Positions 11,703 through 23,000 of a stretch of DNA of 41,633 bases are shown one piece after another. Each line of letters opens with the position of its first letter. Positions within the stretch are counted from its first letter, which is position 1. Both the position numbers and the translations under genes were made by a program. The notes under the pieces are model-generated. The model made no database searches and was not told where the DNA came from. It worked only from the letters and a program-made list of their open reading frames with translations. The DNA comes from an uncultured Clostridia bacterium (GTDB taxonomy: Bacteria > Bacillota > Clostridia > TANB77 > CAG-508). The stretch spans positions 1 through 41,633 of the forward strand of contig CANRAM010000003.1 of assembly GCA_947628605.1 (NCBI GenBank), given 5' to 3'.

Positions 11703-13010
11703 TTAATAACTAAACCTATATGGAGATGACTTTTTCTTTTTTCCTCTAGACTTCTTTTTATATCTTTTTCCAGAATGTAAGTTACCAAGGAAAATCTTAA
11801 AAATCCATAGAGCCATAATTATTAATGCAATTTTTATAACAATAGTAGGAATAGAATTTGCTTCAATGTCTTGACCTGCAATTAAATTTGTAGTATAGTT
11901 AATACCATCAACTGTATAGGAAACTTTTCCAATAACATCACCCTTTGAAATAGGAGCATATATTTTTTCAGGTAACTCGACATCAGGAACAATTTCAGTA
12001 TCACTATCAGCTGTATTCATAAGAACTGTAATATCGTTCTCAAATAATAAATTTAAGTTCTTAGTTTCACTACTAGCATTACTTGGAGATATAACTTTAT
12101 AAACACTATTCTTTTGTTTTAGAACCTTATAAGAATAATTTTCAAAGCCATAATCAAAAAGTGAAATACAATCATTAAATTTATTAGTATTAGTATTAAC
12201 ATCATTATTAGCACCTAAAATTACACAAATAAGCTCTAAATTATCTTTTTTTGCACTAGCAACAATACAATTTTTAGCAGCATCAGTATAACCAGTTTTT
12301 ATACCAGTAGCATATTTATAAAATTGACCACTTTTATTATTAATTAACTTATTAGTATTAACAAAAGTACGATTATCCATATCATACTTATTAGTTGCAG
12401 GTAAAGTATAACTAACAGTAGAAACCAATTTCCTAAAAGTTTCGTTTTTCATAGCATATCTACCAATAAGAGCTAAATCGTATGCAGTAGAGTAATGAGA
12501 CTCGTTATGAACACCATTAGCATTAACAAAATGAGTATTTTTACACCCAATTTCATTAGCCTTTGTATTCATCATACTCGCAAAACTTTCAACAGAACCA
12601 CCAATATCCTCAGCAATAACATTAGCAGCATCATTAGCAGAAGGAATTAAAAGTACATTTAAAAGTTGTTCTATAGAAAGTTCCTCATCAACTTGTAAAT
12701 TAGCAGTAGTATAGCTATAAGGAACAGTAAAAACAGCATTATAGCTAACTTTAGCAATGTCAGTAAGATTACGATTCTCTAAAGCAAGAATAGCAGTCAT
12801 AATCTTAGTAGTACTAGCAGGAAACATTTTATCATATGCACCTTTTTCATAAAGCACCTTGCCACTATCAGCATCCATTAAAATAGCAACAGGAGCATTT
12901 ACTAAAGATTCATCATTAGAAGTTGTAGCAAAACTAGCACAACTAGGTAATAAACAAAAAGATAACAATATGAATATAAAAAGTCTTTTAAATCTCATTT
13001 TAAACCTCAC
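11703..13010 (-). CDS. D-alanyl-D-alanine carboxypeptidase (peptidase S11)
   Basis: PASTTK (SxxK), SAND (SxN) and KTG motifs; signal peptide and C-terminal TM. Confidence 0.92.
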   Translation of the reverse strand: MRFKMRFKRLFIFILLSFCLLPSCASFATTSNDESLVNAPVAILMDADSGKVLYEKGAYDKMFPASTTKIMTAILALENRNLTDIAKVSYNAVFTVPYSYTTANLQVDEELSIEQLLNVLLIPSANDAANVIAEDIGGSVESFASMMNTKANEIGCKNTHFVNANGVHNESHYSTAYDLALIGRYAMKNETFRKLVSTVSYTLPATNKYDMDNRTFVNTNKLINNKSGQFYKYATGIKTGYTDAAKNCIVASAKKDNLELICVILGANNDVNTNTNKFNDCISLFDYGFENYSYKVLKQKNSVYKVISPSNASSETKNLNLLFENDITVLMNTADSDTEIVPDVELPEKIYAPISKGDVIGKVSYTVDGINYTTNLIAGQDIEANSIPTIVIKIALIIMALWIFKIFLGNLHSGKRYKKKSRGKKKKSSPYRFSY

Positions 13011-13102
13011 AAAAAAATCAATAATACAAATATATTATCGTAAAATTAAAAAAAAATCAATGTAAGTTACAAAAAATTCATAAAAGAAAGAAGGAAAAAA
13101 TA

Positions 13103-13782
13103 ATGAAATTTACACAAAAACAATTAATAATATTAGGATTAATAGGAGGAATAATTTTATTAGTAATAGGATATTACATATATTCTGTAACAACACAAGA
13201 AAGTTATGAACAATTCGACGAAATAAGTGAACAAGAAACACAAGAAAAGCAAGAAAATGTGGATAACGATGCCGAAGAAATTGTAGTTCACATTGCAGGT
13301 CAAGTAAAAAATTCAGGTATAATAAGAACAAAAGAAGGAGCAAGGATAGCAGATATAATAGAAAAAGCAGGAGGATTAAAAGAAAATGCAGATATTACAA
13401 ATATAAATTTAGCCTACATAGTAGAAGACGGTCAAAAAATAACTATACCTTCCAAAGAAGAAACTGAAAACGAAGAAGAAAGTAAAAAGGAAATAATACA
13501 ACAAGGAAGCAGTGGAATAACTCGGAACCGATTCGCCCATAAGTGATACCATTACAAGCACAAATAGCAATACTACAACACAAGATGTAGCCATAAATAT
13601 AAACAAAGCAACACGGAGAACAACTGCAACAGCTACAGGGAATAGGACAAGCAACAGCTGAAAAAATAATTCAATATAGGGAAGAAAACGGAAATTTTAA
13701 GCAAATAGAAGATATAAAAAACGTACCAGGAATTGGAGATGCAAAATTTGATGCAATTAAAGATAAAATAAAGGTAAAATAG
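13103..13782 (+). CDS. comEA: ComEA family DNA-binding protein (TM, SLBB, HhH); two +1 shifts at CGG 13523 and 13614
   Basis: VHIAGQV...INLA..VEDGQKI SLBB region. Skipping C13523 and C13614 gives ININKAT-GEQLQQLQGIGQATAEKIIQYREENGNFKQIEDIKNVPGIGDAKF, 225 aa in total. Confidence 0.85.
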
Positions 13783-13890
13783 GTTAAAATTATGTGAAAA
13801 TCTAATAAGATATAAAGCAATTTTCAAAATGCCATACAAAAACAAAAATACTTGTGATATAATACAAAATGAAAAAGGAGGATACTGAAA

Positions 13891-16045
13891 ATGAACAAAA
13901 TAATTCAAACAATAGCAGACGAATTACAAGTGAAATATTCGCAAGTAGAAAATACAGTAAAATTAATTGATGATGGAAATACAATTCCATTTATTGCACG
14001 TTATAGAAAAGAAGTAACTGGAGGACTTTCAGATGAAACATTAAGAGACCTAGGCGATAGACTTACATATTTAAGAAATTTAGAAGAAAGAAAAGAAGAA
14101 GTAAAAAAATCGATAGAATCACAAGGAAAATTAACAGAAGAACTAATTAAAGAAATAGAAAATGCAATAACATTAGCAGAAGTAGAAGATATATATAGAC
14201 CATACAAACAAAAGAAAAGAACAAGAGCAACAATAGCAAAAGAAAAAGGATTAGAACCATTAGCAATAATAATTTATACACAAGAAAACAAACAACCAAT
14301 AGAAGAAATAGCTATAAACTATATAAACGAAGAAAAAGAAGTAAAAACAACACAAGAAGCAATAAATGGAGCATTAGATATAATTGCAGAAAATATATCT
14401 GACAATGCAGACTATAGAAAATATATAAAAAGAATATGTTATAGAGAAGCACAAATTACAACTAAAGGAGCAAAACCAGAAGAAAAATCAAACTATGAAA
14501 TGTATTACGACTTTGTGGAAAACATAAACAAACTACCAAGTCATAGAATACTAGCAATAAATAGAGGAGAAAAGGAAGAATACTTAAAAGTAAAAATAGA
14601 AAAACCAGAAAATAAAATATTATTAATGCTAGAAAAAAGAATAATAAAAGGAGAAACACAATATAAAAGTTATTTAGAACAAGCAATACAAGACTCGTGG
14701 AAAAGACTAATAGAACCATCTATAGATAGAGAAATTAGAACAGACCTAACAGAAAAAGCAGAAGAACAAGCCATAAAAGTATTCGGCAAAAATGCAAAGC
14801 AACTACTATTAGGAGCACCATTAAAAGGTTTAACCGTTATAGGATTTGACCCGGCATATAGAACTGGCTGTAAAATAGCAGTAATAGATGAAACAGGAAA
14901 AGTACTAGATACAACAACGATATATCCTACAGAACCGCAAAATGATATAGAAGGAGCAACAAAAACATTATTACAACTTATTAGTAAATACAAAGTAGAT
15001 ATGATAGCAATAGGAAATGGAACAGCATCACGTGAATCAGAAATGTTTGTTTCAGACCTAATAAAAAAAGCACCTCATACAGTACACTATGCAATAGTAT
15101 CAGAAGCGGGAGCAAGCGTATACTCAGCATCAAAACTTGCAACAGAAGAATACCCAGAAATAAACGTTTCATTAAGAGGAGCAATATCCATAGCAAGACG
15201 TTTACAAGACCCACTTGCAGAATTAGTTAAAATAGACCCAAAAGCAATAGGTGTAGGTCAATATCAACACGATGTTAATCAAAAGAAATTAAGCGAAAGT
15301 TTAACAGGGGTAGTAGAAGATGCAGTAAACAAAGTAGGGGTAGATGTAAACACAGCAACACCTTCATTACTTTCATATGTTGCAGGTCTAAATTCTACAA
15401 TAAGTAAAAATATTGTAAAATACAGAGATGAAAATGGCAAACTAACATCGAGAAAACAATTGCTAAAAGTGCCAAAATTAGGAAAAGTAGCGTACGAGCA
15501 ATGTGCAGGCTTTATAAGAATATATAACCGGAGATAATCCACTAGAAACAACGGGAGTACATCCAGAAAGTTATGATAAAGCTACAACCTTATTACAAAA
15601 ATTAAATTATACAGTGCAAGATATTATAAATAAGGAAAAAATAGAAGAAATAAAAAAGCAACTTTCTAATATAAATATAAAAGAACTAGCAGAAGAATTA
15701 CAAGTTGGAGAAATGACATTACAAGATATTGTAAATGAATTAACTAAACCAGGTAGAGACCCAAGAGAAGATATGCCAAAGCCAATACTAAGAAACGATG
15801 TACTAAAAATTGAAGACCTAAAAGAAGGGATGGTATTATCTGGCACAGTAAGAAATGTAATAGACTTTGGAGCATTTGTTGATATAGGTGTAAAACACGA
15901 TGGTCTTGTACACATATCAGAATTAAGCGATAAGTTTATAAAAAGACCATCAGATGTTGTATCAGTAGGTGATATAGTAAAAGTAAAGATTATAGGAATA
16001 GATTTAGAAAGACAAAAAGTAAGTTTAAGTATGAAAGGAATATAA
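13891..16045 (+). CDS. tex: Tex family RNA-binding transcriptional accessory protein; +1 shift at CGG 15529
   Basis: TIPFIARYRKE, DPAYRTGCK, SEAGASVYSAS, IGVGQYQHD motifs. FIRIYN(c)GDNPLETTGVHPESY joins the C-terminal S1 domain, giving 717 aa. Confidence 0.9.
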
Positions 16046-16052
16046 AGGTTAT

Positions 16053-16098
16053 AAAAAAGAAAAAATTTACATTTTATATGTAAACTTTTTCTTTTTTT
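16053..16098. terminator. Bidirectional AT-rich hairpin
   Basis: Imperfect inverted repeat between convergent genes. Confidence 0.45.
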
Positions 16099-16126
16099 AG
16101 TATATAGAATAATTTTTATAAAAGTC

Positions 16127-16870
16127 CTAATTTTCACTAATTGGGTCATTATCACTACTACTTGTTTCTTTTCCAGCAAGGCTTTCATAGAAACAAATTT
16201 GAGCAATAATTATATATGGAGTTAACCATAAAAAACCAATACCCAAAGTGAATGAAGCTAAAAAGACCCAACCAATAAAGGTTAAATTTAGCCAAAACAA
16301 CATACAACGATTACCACTCATTAATCTTTCACTTTCTTCAACAATTTCTTTTCCAGTCATATTAGGATTATCGTAAAGTATAAAATTAACTAACGAATAT
16401 AATAATCCCTTGCATATAGCATAAACTAAAGAAATGATATATCCAATGATAGCAATAAATCCAATAAGACTAAATCCTGAAGATGAGCTAATTGATGCAG
16501 ATATTGTTGAAAATATACCTACTACTAAAAAAACTATCATTAAACAAATAGGGATTATCATTTTTAAAATAACATGACCATAAATTCCCCATACTTTGCT
16601 AAATGAAGAAAAACCAGTACTTAAAAAATCTGTGTTGCTAACTTCTTCATTTCTTTTTAGTTTCATAAATGTTACAGTAAAACCAAAAGTTATAGGTAAA
16701 TTAATAACTGCAAAAGCTATACTACCTATTACGGGAATAAAGTTACATACTAATTCTATAACAAACATAATAAGAAGATAAATAAGTGTTAATAATGCAG
16801 CTGTTCCCCATTTTCCAATAAGGCTTTTACGAGCCTCAGTTCTAATTTCTGATGCTGTCACCAAAAACAT
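16127..16870 (-). CDS. DUF975 family membrane protein
   Basis: AR.SL.GKW, ES..LM.GN and LSF.GW...LGIG.LWL.PY-type motifs. Confidence 0.8.
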   Translation of the reverse strand: MFLVTASEIRTEARKSLIGKWGTAALLTLIYLLIMFVIELVCNFIPVIGSIAFAVINLPITFGFTVTFMKLKRNEEVSNTDFLSTGFSSFSKVWGIYGHVILKMIIPICLMIVFLVVGIFSTISASISSSSGFSLIGFIAIIGYIISLVYAICKGLLYSLVNFILYDNPNMTGKEIVEESERLMSGNRCMLFWLNLTFIGWVFLASFTLGIGFLWLTPYIIIAQICFYESLAGKETSSSDNDPISEN

Positions 16871-16894
16871 CCCCTTTCAATAAATTTCAACTTA

Positions 16895-16923
16895 ATAGTA
16901 CATCAATCTACGTAATATGTCAA
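16895..16923 (-). promoter_or_regulatory. Sigma-A-type promoter of the DUF975 gene
   Basis: Minus strand reads TTGACA-N17-TACTAT. Confidence 0.6.
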
Positions 16924-17012
16924 TATAAGTCGAAATAAAAAATAGAAAAATTTTTATAGTTTTTATAAAAATCTTTCTATTTTAAATATATATAATTATA
17001 CAAAAAATATTA

Positions 17013-18066
17013 CTAAATATATTTAGTTTGTATTTCTTTAATTTCATCATAATTATTTTTTAAAATATCTAAAAATACATCTGCAATTTCTGGGTCAAAT
17101 TGAGTACCTTTACATCTAGTAATTTCAGAAATAACAACGTCGAGTGGCAAAGCATCTCTATAAGTACGTTTTGAGGTCATAGCATCAAATGTATCGCTAA
17201 CTGCAACAATACGAGCAAAAAATGGAATATCGTTACCTTTTAATTTGCTAGGGTAACCAGTTCCGTCATACTTTTCGTGATGATGTTTTACAATTGGAAT
17301 TAAATCCTTAAAAATAGTTGCAGTAGATAAAATATGAGCTCCAATAGTAGGATGATTTTTTATTTCAGAATATTCGTCATCAGTAAGTTTTTCTGTTTTC
17401 AATAAAATACTATCAGGTACACCTATTTTTCCAATATCGTGGAAAAGACCTCCAATTCGTAAGGTTTTTAAATCTTCCTCAGATAGTCCTAAATGTTTAC
17501 CAATAAGTACACTATATTCAGAAACACGGTCAGAATGTCCGTCTGGTGTAAGCATCTTTTGCTTCTACAGTATATCGTATTGTTTGAATACTTTCCATAT
17601 ACGAACGCTCTAGTTTGTTATATGTATCTTGTAATTCGTTATTTATCTCTTTTATAAGGTTCATTTGTGAAATAGCCTTTATGCCAGATTCAACAAGTAA
17701 AAGTAATTGGTCAAATTTATCGCTTTTTTCACAATATCCTTGAATATCAAGTCTACGAATAGTTTCAAGCGGTGGGGCTAAATCTTTATGACCGGTTAGT
17801 AATAAAATATATAATTCTTTATTAAATTTACGAATTTCTTCAACAACTTGGTCTCCGTGAATAGGAGTCATAATAAAGTCTAGTAACATTAAATCAAAGT
17901 GTTCATTTTTTACTCTTTCAATAGCTTCCATAGGGTCTGTAACGCCTGTAAATTCATAGCCAGAACGTTTCAAAAATATGGAAAGAGAGTCTATAATTCC
18001 CATTTCATCATCTACAACTATAATTTTATATCCGTTAGAAGCTTGTTCAGTAATTCCTTTTCTCAT
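17013..18066 (-). CDS. Response regulator with receiver and HD-GYP (cyclic dinucleotide phosphodiesterase) domains; +1 shift at CGG 17541
   Basis: VVDDE/LLD receiver motifs. EAKDAYTR(c)GHSDRV joins HDIGK and HHHEKYDGTGYP, giving 350 aa. Confidence 0.88.
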
Positions 18067-18172
18067 ATTTTCACCTCTTTGTTTATTTATAGGAATATTA
18101 TATTAATAAAATGCAATAAAATCAATATATAAGTCGAAAAATTACATAAAAAGTGTATTTTTTAATAATAAT

Positions 18173-18206
18173 GCCCAAGTTAGTAATATGCTTTACTAAC
18201 TTAGGC
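18173..18206 (-). terminator. Hairpin after the kinase gene
   Basis: GCC(C/T)AAGTTAGTAA arms followed by a T-rich tract on the minus strand. Confidence 0.5.
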
Positions 18207-18213
18207 TATAATT

Positions 18214-20031
18214 TTAGGCGTTTTGTGTTAAAGGAAGAATAACATTAAATGTAGTTCCTTTTCCCACTTCCGAATCGAACGTTATATTTCCGTTGAAGTT
18301 TCCACGTATAGTTGAGTATGACATAAACATACCAAGACCAGTACCGTTTTTTCCTTTTGTAGTAATCATTTCTTTAAACAATTTATTCTTAACATCTTCA
18401 CTCATACCAGTACCATAATCTCGTACAGAAATTACAACATTATTATTATTTTTATCAATAATGAAATCAATTTTTTCATTAGTTTTTCCATTATATGATT
18501 GAATAGCGTTTGAAATCATATTATTAATAACTTGTACTAAACTATTTACGTTACCGCTTAAAATAGTTGAATTATCTATATTCAAATGTACATCCATATC
18601 GATTAAAGCATTTTTTAGTTCGTGTTTCATTAAAATATTAACACGTTTTATTAACTCATCAATAGTAAATGTATCTTGTTCATTTTCAGATAGAGTAACA
18701 GCTTGACCTTTTACGGCAGTAATAATATCAGACATATAAGCTGTATGTGTTTTTATTTTTTCTATCCATTCATTCATATCGTGAGCAATATCGTGGTGGT
18801 CTTGTTCGGTTACCTCAGGGTCACCAATAGAAGAGTCGTATTCTCTAACTAAATCAGAAAGACCTTCACTAGCACCTGAAATAGACATAATAGGAGTTTT
18901 TAGGTTGTGTGCAATACCACCAACAAGTTGCCCAAGTGATGCAAGACGTTCTTTTTCCATTAACATACTTTGGTTGTCTTTAATTGTTTGCATATCTAGT
19001 ATATGTTGAGTTATGTCTTTTAGTAGGATAAGTGTTCCTAAATATGACTTTTTCGATAGAATAGAGTTTATTTCTATATTGAAATATTTGTCTATGCTAC
19101 TAAAATGCTTTTCGAAGCGGAACGTATCTTTTGATGTTTTTACTTGGTTAAGTGTAAGCATTAATGAGTCTATGTCTATTGTGCTGTCGTTGAATTGTTG
19201 TATTAAATCTGTTATACTCATATTTCTAATACTGTTAGCTTCAAAATTAAATGTTGTTAAGAAGGTTTCATTAAAACTGATTATATTATTATTTTCGTCA
19301 ATAACAATAAAACAATCAGACATTCTATCAACTATTTTCTGTAATGCTATAGGAGTAACACTTAAAAATTTAAATCTAAAAATAGCAAAAGCATAGAAAA
19401 AAATTGCAATAGTAAAACTAATAGGAGTTAAATGGATAGACATAGGGATAATATTATATACTCCTAGAATATTTACTATAATTGGGATTAATGTACCTAT
19501 ACAAAACAAATAAGATTGTTTTGAAAAGAACCCCGAGTTTTTTATTGAATATTTAATAAGATATATTAAACTAATACCTATTAATAAATAAGTATAGAGA
19601 TTATGTACATAATTTACATATGGACCAGGTTTAGTTTCGTTATAATTAACAGAATAGGTTACATAAAACAAATGATGAAAATCATTTGTCCATAGCACAA
19701 TTAAAGAAATAATAGGAATAATAAAAAGTAATAAATATTTTTTATTAAAAGTAATTTTTGTATTTACAAATGTATAAGCAACAAAAAATATAGCAACAGG
19801 TAAAAAAACAGTACCAATATACATAAAGTATTCAAAATAAATAAGTGGTATATCGAATAATGCATTTAACCAATATTGGAGTACGAGCCATAAACAAATC
19901 CAAAGTAAAATAGTTAATACGATAATAAACATAGTTTTAGTTTGACTTTTTTGTACTTTATTTTTGATATAATTCATAAAAAGAACGATAACTAATAACA
20001 AAACTTCTAAAATTCTAATATAAATTTCCAT
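18214..20031 (-). CDS. Sensor histidine kinase with 7TM (HisKA_7TM-like), PAS and HATPase domains
   Basis: About seven TM segments including WTNDFHHLFY; H-box AHNLKTP; N-box NMISNA; DYGTG and GTGLG boxes. Confidence 0.9.
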   Translation of the reverse strand: MEIYIRILEVLLLVIVLFMNYIKNKVQKSQTKTMFIIVLTILLWICLWLVLQYWLNALFDIPLIYFEYFMYIGTVFLPVAIFFVAYTFVNTKITFNKKYLLLFIIPIISLIVLWTNDFHHLFYVTYSVNYNETKPGPYVNYVHNLYTYLLIGISLIYLIKYSIKNSGFFSKQSYLFCIGTLIPIIVNILGVYNIIPMSIHLTPISFTIAIFFYAFAIFRFKFLSVTPIALQKIVDRMSDCFIVIDENNNIISFNETFLTTFNFEANSIRNMSITDLIQQFNDSTIDIDSLMLTLNQVKTSKDTFRFEKHFSSIDKYFNIEINSILSKKSYLGTLILLKDITQHILDMQTIKDNQSMLMEKERLASLGQLVGGIAHNLKTPIMSISGASEGLSDLVREYDSSIGDPEVTEQDHHDIAHDMNEWIEKIKTHTAYMSDIITAVKGQAVTLSENEQDTFTIDELIKRVNILMKHELKNALIDMDVHLNIDNSTILSGNVNSLVQVINNMISNAIQSYNGKTNEKIDFIIDKNNNNVVISVRDYGTGMSEDVKNKLFKEMITTKGKNGTGLGMFMSYSTIRGNFNGNITFDSEVGKGTTFNVILPLTQNA

Positions 20032-20043
20032 AGTAACACTCCT

Positions 20044-23000
20044 TTATTTTAAATTAGTATTAAAGTAACCAATATCTTGAAAATATTTAAAATAGTTATA
20101 TATATAATTAATATCAATGTAAGGCCATTCGAATCCAAACTTTTTTAAATATTCTTTAGAAAAATCACATTTAACTTTTACTTCCGATTCATAGACCAAA
20201 TGTTTATTAGATTTATCAAAATCATTAATAATACCTTCAATATATGTTTTTTTTGTATCGTCTAATAATAAATTATTAATTATACCGTACGAATTTATCT
20301 TCTGGAACTACTTTTATATTAATATTTAAAGTAGACATCATTTCAAATAATTTATCTAAATATAAACGTTTTTCATTCATTAAGTGTAAAACCGTATATT
20401 TTTCGTTGAAGTGTCGAGCAATTTCAATAATAGCATCGCCACAATAGTCAATAGGTGTGAATTCAGCATATAATGATAACATATAGTCTGGAATATATCC
20501 AATCTGTAAAAAGGATTTAAATCTATTCACAAAGGCATTTTCAAAATGATTTTGCTGAAATTTTCCTTCTGAAAATCTACTTGTTAAATTTCCCATACGT
20601 AATATGCAAGCTTTTAATGAATTATTATAAATAGCATCTAGTACAATTTTTTCAGCAATAAATTTAGTTTTTGCATATACACTAGCTAAATTTTGACCTA
20701 TATAAAAATCTGTTTCACAAAAATTAACATTCTTACCGAAATGATTATCAATATTTGAACCATCAGCAAAGTTATTACCAGATACACTTAGAGTAGAAAT
20801 ATGTAATAAATTTATTTTAAATTTACTAGCAAAATCTACAATATTTTTTGTACCAATTACGTTTGATTTTTCAAAATCTTCATAAATTCCATAATGCTTT
20901 ACAAGTGCAGCTGAGTGAATAATAGTATCAATAATATTACCTAATTTATTATAATTTTTTTCAGAAAGACCGAAATTATCTAAAGAGATATCTCCTTCTA
21001 TAAGTTTTATTCTATTTCCCAACAAATTATCGTATTTGTTGTCAAAATAAAAATGTAAAATATTTAATAATCTATCATATGCAGAAATATTATTTTTACT
21101 TCTAATTAAACAATATATTGTACCAGTTTCTTTTTTTAAAAAACTGTCTAATATGTGAGCACCTAAAAAACCGGTAAAACCAGTCAACATTAAATTTTTT
21201 ATAGACATATTTTTTATTTCAATAGGTTCTTTTAAACTATTATGTAATAATACTTTATTGTAATTTTCGTAATCTATATTGCAAATTTCCGTCATAAAAT
21301 CATTGGTCGACGACTTATTAATTAAATGATTAGATAATGAACGTATTGTAGGGTACTTAAAAATATCACTATAAGCAATATTAATATTTTGACTTAAGGA
21401 TTCGACTTGTATTTTCATAGCAATTAATGAATCGCCTCCTAAATCATCAAATAAGTTATCTGTGATGCTAATATCATTAATTTTTAAAACTTTATTGAAT
21501 ATTTTTAATAAAGTATGTTCATATTTATTAATTGGTAATTCAATTGTTCGAGTTTGTTTTAAAATTTTAAAATCACAAGGTAAACTTTTTTTATCAATTT
21601 TTCCATTAATATTCATTTCAAACTTTTCCATTTGCAACATATAAGTCGGTATCATATATGTTGGTAGAAAACGTTTTAAAAAATCTTTTAATTCAGTAAC
21701 ATTTATAATATTATTAGCTACATAATATGAACATATTACTTTTTCGTTATTGATAGTATTTAAAGTAGTGATGGCATATTTGATGCCAGGATAAGTTAAT
21801 ATTTTAGAATCAATTTCACTTAATTCAATTCTAAAACCACGAACTTTAACTTGATTATCGATTCTTCCAATAAATTCTATATTACCATCTGCAAGCCATT
21901 TTACTAAATCACCGGTTTTATAAATTTTTCCACTACCAAAAGGATTATCAATGAATTTTTCATTTGTTAAAGATTCGTTATTTAAATAACCTTTGGCAAC
22001 GCCATCTCCTCCAACCCAAAGTTCACCAGGAACTCCTATTGGACATAGTATACCAGAAGTATTTACTATGTAAGCAGTAGAATTCGCAATAGGTTTGCCA
22101 ATAGGAATAGTGTTATTATATTCAATTTTCTTAACATTGTAGCAAGTAGAAAAAGTTGTATTTTCAGTAGGACCATAACAATGAATAATATTAATATTTT
22201 TATTATATAAATTTAATTTATTCATATGATTTATAGATACAGCTTCACCACCTGTTAAAACATTACTAATAGTAGAAAAGATATCTATATCCAAATCTAT
22301 TAATTGGTTAAATAATTGAGTAGTTATGAATAATGAAGTAATTTTATTATTCTGTATGTAATTTTTTAGGTAAGTGGTATCAAGCAATAATTCTTTTTCT
22401 ATAATAAATAGTTCATATCCATTTAATAAGGCTCCCCAAATTTCAAAAGTACAAGCATCGAAAACAATCGAACCAGTTTGTAAGATATGCTCGTTTTTTT
22501 GATAATTAATAAAATTATTATTTTTTACTAATCTAATAATATTTTTATGAGTTACCATTACACCTTTTGGGTTCCCAGTAGAACCAGAAGTAAACATTAT
22601 ATAGGCAAGAGTATCTGGATTATAACATATATTTAAATTATCATTTTTATACTGTGAATAGAAAAAGTTATTTAATTCAACGTTAAGAACTATAGCGGTA
22701 TCGGTTGCTTTATTTATTAAATTTTGTGTAGTTAATAATATTTTAGCATTTGTGTCATTAATAATGTAATCTATTCGTTCTTTTGGATAATTAATATCTA
22801 CTGGTACAAAAGTTGCACCAATTTTTAAAACACCTAAAATAGAAACAATCATTTCAAGGGACTTATCTAAAATTAAACAAATCTTATCATTATTTTTTGC
22901 ATTGTGAGCTAAAAGTAATCGTGCAAGTTGATTAGCTTTTTCATTCAACTCTCTATAAGTTAATTGTTCATCCTCAAACACAACAGCAACTGCATTAGGT

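Noticed and set aside
15614..16045. Stand-alone S1-domain gene (similarly the ORFs 17013-17555 and 33950-34714)
   Set aside because: These lack convincing starts and are the +1-frame continuations of tex, the HD-GYP regulator and purB.
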